Shown here piece by piece: positions 9,495 through 16,857 of a stretch of DNA of 64,000 bases. The translations under genes were made by a program, and so were the position numbers. Below the pieces are notes generated by a model. It ran no database searches. It saw nothing but the letters and a program-made list of their open reading frames with translations, and was not told the origin of the DNA. Origin of the DNA: Patescibacteria group bacterium (GTDB lineage Bacteria > Patescibacteriota > Microgenomatia > UBA1400 > MFAQ01); assembly GCA_943355005.1 (NCBI GenBank), contig CALRDV010000003.1, forward strand, positions 8,590 to 72,589, in the 5' to 3' direction. Every line of letters begins with the position of its first letter. Position 1 is the first letter of the stretch.

Positions 9495-10420
9495 GTTGTA
9501 GAAGTTATTTTAGCCATCATTTGACTGGCGCGTATTTTTGAGGTGTGGTATGTATGATACCAGTTGAGTCCGACTTTCCTGATTTTATCTACGTATGCTT
9601 GATGGCTTAAGCAAAAATCTAGTTTTTCTTTCATTTCTTCGGTATTTTCAAATATAACTGCAGTTTTGCCATCGACAAAAGCATTTTCGATTTCTATTTC
9701 CGGCTTTTGGCTAAAAAGAAGAGTGCCGTGGGCAGGAACTTCGTAATAGCGTACCGTATCATTGCCACGACCCATTAGGTTCAAACCGATACTATTTGAT
9801 AAAAGCATTTGATGATAATCATCGTGATAGTAGTTAGGGAAAGAGTACCCATAGGAATCTCTACAGATTTCCAAATACGGTTCTCTAGAGGGGCTAGAAG
9901 TGCCCGCCCAGAAAAGATTATTTTTTCTAGTGATACTTGTATCGTAGGGCGTGTAATTTAAAGAGAATGAAAAACTGAGAGGAACAACTTTTTTATTTGC
10001 ATTCTTATCGGGAAAGAACTCTCTTTTAAAATATAGTTGGGGGTTGAAATCTTTGATTAGTTTATCGTTAATTTCAAATTCATCACCTTGGTCGATTAGG
10101 AAGGTGGGTATCACTTTAGCCTTAACTTTTAGTAGGTCAAAGAATTCATTATTGGGAAAGTCGGTTATGTATCGACAGCCAATCAAGATACTATCAAATT
10201 CATTTTTTCTTAACTTTTCAGTGGTTAGAGCATCTGTAGAGACTATTGGGTGATTAAAGAAACAAGGATACCAATGAAATCTTCTCTGTTTATCTCCATG
10301 GAGAACTGGTTTTTGGGGATATTCTATAACATTTTCCGAACCAAGATGCTGGACTAATCCGTCGTAGAGAGTGTCGAGTCCGTAATCTAAGAACGTCGGT
10401 GTAATAAATAAAACCCTCAT
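9491..10420 (-). CDS. CgeB-like GT-B glycosyltransferase, paralog of 1348..2307
   Basis: 309 aa with 'DTVRYYEVPAHGTLLFSQ...FVDGKTAVIF'. Confidence 0.55.
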   Translation of the reverse strand: MRVLFITPTFLDYGLDTLYDGLVQHLGSENVIEYPQKPVLHGDKQRRFHWYPCFFNHPIVSTDALTTEKLRKNEFDSILIGCRYITDFPNNEFFDLLKVKAKVIPTFLIDQGDEFEINDKLIKDFNPQLYFKREFFPDKNANKKVVPLSFSFSLNYTPYDTSITRKNNLFWAGTSSPSREPYLEICRDSYGYSFPNYYHDDYHQMLLSNSIGLNLMGRGNDTVRYYEVPAHGTLLFSQKPEIEIENAFVDGKTAVIFENTEEMKEKLDFCLSHQAYVDKIRKVGLNWYHTYHTSKIRASQMMAKITSTT

Positions 10421-11028
10421 GGTTTTACATACATCCAGCTCGGATGTTTATCTTTGGCAATTACAAACCAAGGGTGAATTTGGTAAGAACTGCACCATCC
10501 GGTGACGGCGGGTACGACATGCATATAGCGACGTCGCCAATTGTAAGACCAGTCTTCGAAGTCATGTCCGTAGACTATGCCTCCCGGTCTAACTTTCTTT
10601 GACCAGTTAGAGATATCTTCGACCGTATGTTCGAAGTTGTGATTACCATCAATATAAACAAAGTCTAGACTATTGTCGGCAAATTGTTTGACCACTTCAT
10701 TACTCCAACCTTTAATCAAAGTACAGTCAAAATCTTTGGTACGCGACAAGGCCTCTTCATAGGCAGATTTGATGTCCTCGTTCGTGTAGTCCTTGTAGCC
10801 TGGATAGAGTTCCCAAAGATCAATACCGGAAAGTTTTAGTCCGGGAATACCTTTAAGTAAAGCTTCGGAGTAGGCTCCTCGATAGACTCCAATCTCTGCT
10901 CCGACTTTGAAACCAAGGTCTTTAAAAAGTTGGGGAATATCTGTTTCTCTACTAATCTGAAGCTTAAACGGAGATGGCTGACTAGAATCAATACCAAATT
11001 TTTCAACTAAATAGGCTAGGCTGTCCAT
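10417..11028 (-). CDS. class I SAM-dependent methyltransferase, family MT-B paralog
   Basis: 203 aa with 'AEIGVYRGAYS', 'LDFVYIDGNHNF' and 'GGIVYGHDF'. Confidence 0.6.
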   Translation of the reverse strand: MDSLAYLVEKFGIDSSQPSPFKLQISRETDIPQLFKDLGFKVGAEIGVYRGAYSEALLKGIPGLKLSGIDLWELYPGYKDYTNEDIKSAYEEALSRTKDFDCTLIKGWSNEVVKQFADNSLDFVYIDGNHNFEHTVEDISNWSKKVRPGGIVYGHDFEDWSYNWRRRYMHVVPAVTGWCSSYQIHPWFVIAKDKHPSWMYVKP

Positions 11029-11034
11029 TTTGGT

Positions 11035-12615
11035 TCAAGAATAAAGTTTGGTTATAAGGTCCTGAGCCATGCCCCAATAGGCCAGCATGCGACGAGGTAA
11101 AACATTTCTAAGAACGGTAGGGAATCGGCGGGCGCCATCTGTAGACTTGCAGTTGACGACCGGATTTTCGGAGGTCCAGGTGGTTTTATCTATGGAAGCG
11201 GACATAGTGAGAAGGATGGCTCCCGGTTCGTCTTTGTAGTTTTTGAGAACGGTTTTGATGGACTCAATCCAGTATTTTCGATTTGCCATTTGTGCACCAT
11301 CATAAGGAGCTTTTTGCCAGTATTTGCCACCAAGAGCCCAAACATTTGCATATTGGTAAAGATGATCGTCGGATGGTGGGGTAAAAGTAAAGTATTCCGG
11401 TGGATAAAGACAGTCGTCGTTAGCTATGACAGCGTAGGTAGTTTTGGATTCGGATAAACCTAGCAAGAGCATTTTTAAAGTTGTGGCAGGGCTTACAGGG
11501 GTCTTGGTATTTAGGGTAATGTTCTTGCCTAACTTTAAGGGTTTGACAGAAACAGAAACGAGTGGAAGATCTTTACTGTTTTCTTTTAAACTAGCAATGA
11601 TTTTTTTTTCAAAGTCAGGTTTTTCTGTATTGGAGGTGAGATAAATAACCGTAAGATCCTTATTTCTTTCTGGGGCTTTGAAGAGAGTGGCGGATTTAGT
11701 TGGTTGGTTGGATGTTTTGGGCATATCATTTATTGTATTACTAATTATAGTGGTCGTATTTTCGGGCCATAATCTTTTCTTCCAGTCGGAGGGCCAGCCG
11801 GGCATGAGAGGAAATTTTTCCACCAAGCTGATGAAAAAAACTTTATTCTCCACTAGCCACTTATTATATGAATAAGCATAGCTGCGACGGTTTTCATCCC
11901 TACTTAGATGATACATCCTTCCATAGACGGGTCCTTTGTGAAGATGAGCGTACCAGGTGTTTTTATTGGTGATTACTCGTCCACCGTGTTGCCAAGTAGT
12001 TAGAGAAATTTCTTCGGCTTCTTGGCCCCAACCGGTATAGCCTTCGACCTGCATAAAACCCATTTGTTGGAACCACTTCTTGGTCATAAACCAGCATGAA
12101 CCTTGAAACTGAATGGTGTTGTCTATTCGAACATTCCAATTTGAAAGTGTTCTTTCATCCCACTTGAAGCCGTGAATGGCATGGTCATTGGCTAGAGGAG
12201 GGAACATAATATATTCGTAATCGATGGGTGGGCGATTATCACTTTGGGGTTGAAGACTCCAATTTTCTGCATCTAGTCGATTTCGTCGGGGAATCTGTAC
12301 CCAGTTTGGTTGATGGTCTTTGGCCAGTTGAGTGTCGAAGCCTTTGGCCATCATACAGTGGGCGTCGAGTGACATGACGTATTCACCTTTAGCTTGAGAA
12401 ATAGCTAGATTGATACCATGACGTTTTTGAGAATAAGGCTGAGCAGGGAGATGGATATATCTAACTCTAGGGTCGGTAACAATTTCTTCCTTGGGTGGGT
12501 AATAACCGTCAACAATTGGAAGTATTTCGATATCACCCGTAGCTTTTTCGAGAACGTCCTGAATAGTTCTTTGAAGGAATCTTTCGGTCTTAGATGGAAT
12601 AACAACGGTAAGCAT
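11035..12615 (-). CDS. GT-A fold glycosyltransferase (ppGalNAc-T/GT2-like) fused to the conserved C-terminal domain
   Basis: 526 aa with 'LDAHCMMAKGF' (DxH) and 'GWGQEAEEISLTTWQHGGR'. The C-terminal approx. 200 aa are homologous to 8118..8798. Confidence 0.6.
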   Translation of the reverse strand: MLTVVIPSKTERFLQRTIQDVLEKATGDIEILPIVDGYYPPKEEIVTDPRVRYIHLPAQPYSQKRHGINLAISQAKGEYVMSLDAHCMMAKGFDTQLAKDHQPNWVQIPRRNRLDAENWSLQPQSDNRPPIDYEYIMFPPLANDHAIHGFKWDERTLSNWNVRIDNTIQFQGSCWFMTKKWFQQMGFMQVEGYTGWGQEAEEISLTTWQHGGRVITNKNTWYAHLHKGPVYGRMYHLSRDENRRSYAYSYNKWLVENKVFFISLVEKFPLMPGWPSDWKKRLWPENTTTIISNTINDMPKTSNQPTKSATLFKAPERNKDLTVIYLTSNTEKPDFEKKIIASLKENSKDLPLVSVSVKPLKLGKNITLNTKTPVSPATTLKMLLLGLSESKTTYAVIANDDCLYPPEYFTFTPPSDDHLYQYANVWALGGKYWQKAPYDGAQMANRKYWIESIKTVLKNYKDEPGAILLTMSASIDKTTWTSENPVVNCKSTDGARRFPTVLRNVLPRRMLAYWGMAQDLITKLYS

Positions 12616-12643
12616 TGCTCATATTTATACCACAAGTCTAATA

Positions 12644-13321
12644 TCAACTGAAGACGTGGTTGTAGTAGTCAAAGTGTAACTTATCCCGAACGTCCCAATT
12701 GGATTGATAATTGGAAGCGCCTTTGACGTAGCGGAAAGTGCCGGAGACGTTTTGCATGACGTACCAAGAACCATCTTTTTTGACAAAGCCATAGTAAGCG
12801 GGTGAATGTTCGTCGTCGATATCTGTAACGCTATAACCATCTGTGGGGTGCTCTTTGGAGGGGTCAATAATTTTACCTTCGGAGTCTTTGATACCAACAA
12901 CTTCAGTTACGCTATTGCCACCACCAAGGAAAGTATCCCTGGCCTTTTTGCTAAAGAGAGCCATGATAAGAAGAGAAATTCCGGTGGTACCAATGAGCTG
13001 CAAGAATAGTCTTTTGTTCTTATCGGCGACGTCCTTCGGGATATTTTGATCATCAGATTCAGTTACGGAGTTTGAAGCGGACACTGCTTCGTTTTTGGCT
13101 ATTACCGGTAAGGTGGGTAAGGAGCGTTTGGCAGGATTGGGATTGAGAAGGGCATTTTCAATGAGATATTCGAATAGTCTGGTACCAAAGTAAAAAACTA
13201 AGGGAAGATAAATGAAGCCGGCCAGAAGCTGATTGGTAGTTCTGGCGGTGAAAATACCAACAAGCATCAGGAAAAGACAAGCAAGGAAACTATAGATGAC
13301 CAGGGCTTTATCCGATTTCAT
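12644..13321 (-). CDS. hypothetical membrane protein
   Basis: 225 aa. It has an N-terminal TM segment, a second TM and a C-terminal soluble domain. Confidence 0.5.
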   Translation of the reverse strand: MKSDKALVIYSFLACLFLMLVGIFTARTTNQLLAGFIYLPLVFYFGTRLFEYLIENALLNPNPAKRSLPTLPVIAKNEAVSASNSVTESDDQNIPKDVADKNKRLFLQLIGTTGISLLIMALFSKKARDTFLGGGNSVTEVVGIKDSEGKIIDPSKEHPTDGYSVTDIDDEHSPAYYGFVKKDGSWYVMQNVSGTFRYVKGASNYQSNWDVRDKLHFDYYNHVFS

Positions 13322-13701
13322 TTAAGATTTTGCATACTAATGCGGAAAAGTATTAAAGCGATGGCAAAACAAAGGAGGATCAGATTTAAGAGAAAAGTGG
13401 GGTCAGATTGATTTATAAAAGAGGAGAGAGAAAAGTTACCGAAATAGAGGTGTTTCTGGTGGTCCAGATTGAGCAGACTGTGGAAGATTTTTTTAAAATA
13501 TGAAAAGATTTTGAGGGCAAAATAGGTGGCAACCGGAAGAAAAAGGATAAGTATCACAAGGCTGCTGGGACTATTTAGATTTAAAAAGGCAGATGTAATC
13601 ATGAAAAAAGTTACAATACTTCCGTAAAGGAAAAGACCGCTGTCAATAATTTGCAGCTGAGATTTTCTCATGATTTTTTCATTTTTTGACAAAGCCACCA
13701 T
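13318..13701 (-). CDS. hypothetical membrane protein
   Basis: 127 aa, multi-TM, with a 4-nt overlap to its neighbours. Confidence 0.4.
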   Translation of the reverse strand: MVALSKNEKIMRKSQLQIIDSGLFLYGSIVTFFMITSAFLNLNSPSSLVILILFLPVATYFALKIFSYFKKIFHSLLNLDHQKHLYFGNFSLSSFINQSDPTFLLNLILLCFAIALILFRISMQNLK

Positions 13702-14104
13702 ACTGATAAGAAATCAGAATTAGAATGGCAATCAAGATGACTCGCGCTAGCTGAGCAATAGCAGAAAAATTCTTAGTAAAGACGATGTCGGCGATGATGA
13801 TAATGAGGGAAAGGGTGATAAGGAATCTGGTAACTTTGGTAGCAAGGGTGGGGGAGGAAACCTCGATAATAGCTTCACCATCTTTGAGAATTGAAGTAGG
13901 TGTCTTTAAATTTTCATCCAGGACATCTTCAGAAATCTTGCTACCCAGAAAGTTTTCTAGGGCACTGGAGGTGATGATAAATGTGCCACGGATGTGACCT
14001 CTAGCGGCCTTGATACGACCTTCATTAAGGTATTTGTAAGTAGTGTTTGTAGACAGACCCAAGATCTTAGCAGCCTGCTTAACATTATAAATTTTGTTGG
14101 GCAT
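13679..14104 (-). CDS. HTH domain protein with C-terminal transmembrane segments
   Basis: 141 aa. The N-terminus 'VKQAAKILGLSTNTTYKYLNEGRIKA' resembles an excisionase/MerR-type HTH. The C-terminal half is hydrophobic. Confidence 0.5.
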   Translation of the reverse strand: MPNKIYNVKQAAKILGLSTNTTYKYLNEGRIKAARGHIRGTFIITSSALENFLGSKISEDVLDENLKTPTSILKDGEAIIEVSSPTLATKVTRFLITLSLIIIIADIVFTKNFSAIAQLARVILIAILILISYQYGGFVKK

Positions 14105-14141
14105 GTGTGATTACTAATCTTACCAAAGTTTACAAGGGAAT

Positions 14142-14312
14142 TTATTTCTTTTTACTCTCGGTATCGGAGGCTCCGGCATTAAATTCATTTCGAAACTCCT
14201 TAATGGAGTTTATTAAGCCGCGCGTAATCTCCGGTAGTCTTTTGCCGCCAAAAAGAAGAAAGAGGACGAGTCCTACTAGTAGTATTTCAGACGATCCAAG
14301 ATTGCCAAACAT
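14142..14312 (-). CDS. tatA: twin-arginine translocase TatA/E family protein (copy 1; below the ORF-track length cutoff)
   Basis: Hand translation gives MFGNLGSSEILLVGLVLFLLFGGKRLPEITRGLINSIKEFRNEFNAGASDTESKKK. This carries the TatA signature 'FGGKRLPE'. Confidence 0.7.
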   Translation of the reverse strand: MFGNLGSSEILLVGLVLFLLFGGKRLPEITRGLINSIKEFRNEFNAGASDTESKKK

Positions 14313-14379
14313 TTTTATTTAACTCCTTTCATATCTATAACATTACACTAAACCCCGCCAAAGCGGGGTATGCGTGCGA

Positions 14380-14544
14380 TTATTTCTCGGTGACGGCGTC
14401 TTTTAGGTCTTTGGTAGCGTCTTTTAGGTCTTTTCCGGACTCACCAAGATTTTTTCCGAGTTTGGGAAGAATCTTGCCTCCGAACAAAAGTACCAGGACG
14501 ACGACTATGACTAAAACTTCTGGCCATCCTATATTTTTGAACAT
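14380..14544 (-). CDS. tatA: TatA/E family protein (copy 2; below the ORF-track length cutoff)
   Basis: Hand translation gives MFKNIGWPEVLVIVVVLVLLFGGKILPKLGKNLGESGKDLKDATKDLKDAVTEK. Confidence 0.7.
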   Translation of the reverse strand: MFKNIGWPEVLVIVVVLVLLFGGKILPKLGKNLGESGKDLKDATKDLKDAVTEK

Positions 14545-14577
14545 ATTATTTACTTATAATAATTAATAACTATGATA

Positions 14578-14721
14578 TCACTTGTCTCCCTTGGACGCTT
14601 GGCGAAACTCTCTGATGGCTTTTGCGATTCCCTTGATAAAATTTGGGATAGCTTTGCTTCCAAAGAGGACCAGGATGACTATGGCGACGATTATTATTTC
14701 ATTTAATCCTATATTAGGCAT
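14578..14721 (-). CDS. tatA: TatA/E family protein (copy 3, divergent; below the ORF-track length cutoff)
   Basis: Hand translation gives MPNIGLNEIIIVAIVILVLFGSKAIPNFIKGIAKAIREFRQASKGDK. It lies antisense to the track ORF 14582..14770, which is judged spurious. Confidence 0.55.
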   Translation of the reverse strand: MPNIGLNEIIIVAIVILVLFGSKAIPNFIKGIAKAIREFRQASKGDK

Positions 14722-14947
14722 TACCGGTTTCACCCCCCTTCGATTTTTCTTCGGCAGATTCTCCGCTTAAAGCGTTTTCTCCTTTTAAGTCTGAAAGTGT
14801 GCCTTCGACTTCCTTTTTTATTTTACGGATTTCCTTGCTGGACTCACCTAAGCCACGAGCTAGTTCCGGGAGCTTCTTGCCACCAAAAAGAAAGATGAGA
14901 ACGATGACTACTACGATTACTTCTCCGGAACCAATGTTACTAAACAT
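14714..14947 (-). CDS. tatA: TatA/E family protein (copy 4)
   Basis: 77 aa, 'MFSNIGSGEVIVVVIVLIFLFGGKKLPELARGLGES...'. Confidence 0.75.
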   Translation of the reverse strand: MFSNIGSGEVIVVVIVLIFLFGGKKLPELARGLGESSKEIRKIKKEVEGTLSDLKGENALSGESAEEKSKGGETGNA

Positions 14948-14954
14948 GGTTTGA

Positions 14955-15713
14955 TTATATAGATTTATTTAATAGAAGACCGATCTCAAATAAAAGTATT
15001 GGAACTGATGTAAGGATTGCGAGAGAAATTACATCACCCGGAGGTAGCAGGGCAGCTAGTACCACTAATATGGCGTAAATAATTCTTCGGTTGCTAGCAA
15101 TGGTTTGTTTTTTGACAATTCTTAGTTTAATGAGGACAGTAATAAATATCGGAATCTCAAATAAAATGCCCAAGCATACTCCCATAATTATGGTTTGGGA
15201 GAAAAACTTGCTTATATCCCAGATATTGGTAATGTTGAAGTCGATAGCTGTCTTGGAGTACAAATTTATGACAAATTGCATGACCCAACCACCGAAAATA
15301 AATCCAAGAATGAAGAGAATGGTTGTAAAGGGGATAAGGCGAGATAATAGGGTGAATTCGTTACGCGCAAGGGCTGGTTTTAAAAAACCCATGACATAGT
15401 AAATAAATAGGGGAAAAGCAATAATAACTCCTGTAGCGATACCGGTATTGATGGCCAGGTCGATAAATTGATAGGGAGAAGAAAGAACAATAGTGATACC
15501 TTTAAGATTAAAAATGTTCATGGCGATCATGAGAATCTTCTGGTAGTAGAAGAAGCCAAAAATACCAGAAATAAGAACTACAGATAAAAGAATGAGAAGT
15601 TTTTTTTGAATTTCTTTAAGATAGGGGAGGTACTTAGATACAGTATCGTCAATTATCGAGCTTCCCGATGCAACAGGAGATATGGTAGCTGATTGATTGT
15701 TTTCTAAGGCCAC
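14955..15713 (-). CDS. tatC: twin-arginine translocase subunit TatC
   Basis: 252 aa, multi-TM, matching the TatC architecture. It sits immediately downstream of the tatA array. Confidence 0.7.
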   Translation of the reverse strand: MALENNQSATISPVASGSSIIDDTVSKYLPYLKEIQKKLLILLSVVLISGIFGFFYYQKILMIAMNIFNLKGITIVLSSPYQFIDLAINTGIATGVIIAFPLFIYYVMGFLKPALARNEFTLLSRLIPFTTILFILGFIFGGWVMQFVINLYSKTAIDFNITNIWDISKFFSQTIIMGVCLGILFEIPIFITVLIKLRIVKKQTIASNRRIIYAILVVLAALLPPGDVISLAILTSVPILLFEIGLLLNKSI

Positions 15714-15813
15714 AACTCAATATATCATGTTTGAAAAACTCAAACTTAAATACTCAAAATTGAATATATATTTTGTGGCAGGTTATTCCAAATAATGGAT
15801 TTTAAGCAGGACT

Positions 15814-16434
15814 TTATTTGGTGGTGCCGATGATGAGGCGAGCTTGGCTCGAGGACCCGGTAAGGACTCCGGCGTACGTGGCTTCGGGGAATGATTTAAT
15901 CAAGTCGGACATGACGATCTCTTTCTTGGATTCGATCTCTTTGGAAAGATAAACAGGTATTCCTTTGACTGTATCAGGGGAGTTTCCAAGTTTGTTTACT
16001 GTGTAGCCCATGGATTCCAGGGTTTTGCCGTATTTGGCTGCTAATCCTTTGGTGTCGGTAGAATTCAAAACATCAAAAGTGATTTCTGATTTTCTGAGAG
16101 GGACTGGTGTGGGGGTGTTTGAGACGGTTGGAGTGGCTGTCGGGGTAGGAGTGACTGCCATTTGTTGCTCGGCCGGCCGGCGGAAAAATATTACTCCTAG
16201 AACAATGGTGGAAATTATTACTAATACTCCTACTATTGAACCGAGGATGAAAAGAAACTTGTCTTTCTTTTCGGATGGTGGAATTTCCGGGACTATGGGA
16301 ACTACAGAATCTATTTTTAGTTCGGCATCTTTTTCGATGGAGGGGACAGTTGTCTCACTAGCGACTGCTACGGGGGTAACTTTCTCGGGTTCGGAAGAAA
16401 AACCTTCCGGTAGAGAGGAGTCTTTTTTCTTCAT
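15814..16434 (-). CDS. membrane-anchored LytR_C domain protein with a Pro/Thr-rich linker
   Basis: 206 aa with a TM segment and a 'TPTPTATPTVSNTPTPVP' linker. The C-terminus 'FDVLNSTDTKGLAAKYGKTLESMGYTV...' resembles LytR_C. Confidence 0.5.
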   Translation of the reverse strand: MKKKDSSLPEGFSSEPEKVTPVAVASETTVPSIEKDAELKIDSVVPIVPEIPPSEKKDKFLFILGSIVGVLVIISTIVLGVIFFRRPAEQQMAVTPTPTATPTVSNTPTPVPLRKSEITFDVLNSTDTKGLAAKYGKTLESMGYTVNKLGNSPDTVKGIPVYLSKEIESKKEIVMSDLIKSFPEATYAGVLTGSSSQARLIIGTTK

Positions 16435-16441
16435 CTTTTAA

Positions 16442-16840
16442 TTAAACTGCGGACGGAACATCGTTCCTGGTATAGCCCGCTAATATTTCTTTGACCATGT
16501 TTACAATTTGCTTTGGCTCAAACTCAGACTTTATGATGTACTTTACGGCGCCCTTGGTGAGGGCTGCTTCGGCATCCTGGGAGCCAGCTAGATTGGTTAG
16601 CATGATAACAGGTATGGCTTTGGTTTCCGGATCTTGTTTGACCTTTTCCAATACTTGTAAACCGTTCATCTTTGGCATCATAATATCCAAAAGTACGAGA
16701 GTTGGTTTGATGCTTCGAATTTTGTCCAAACCTTCTTCTCCATCAGCGGCGAGCTCGACATCGAATCCTTCAAATTTGAAGATTTTTTCGTACATCCTAC
16801 TCATTAGGGGATCGTCCTCGACTATTAAGATTTTCGTCAT
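16442..16840 (-). CDS. response regulator (receiver domain only)
   Basis: 132 aa with 'ILIVEDDPLM...LVLLDIMMPKMNG', a CheY-like receiver. There is no output domain. Confidence 0.8.
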   Translation of the reverse strand: MTKILIVEDDPLMSRMYEKIFKFEGFDVELAADGEEGLDKIRSIKPTLVLLDIMMPKMNGLQVLEKVKQDPETKAIPVIMLTNLAGSQDAEAALTKGAVKYIIKSEFEPKQIVNMVKEILAGYTRNDVPSAV

Positions 16841-16857
16841 ATATTAGCAGTTTACAG

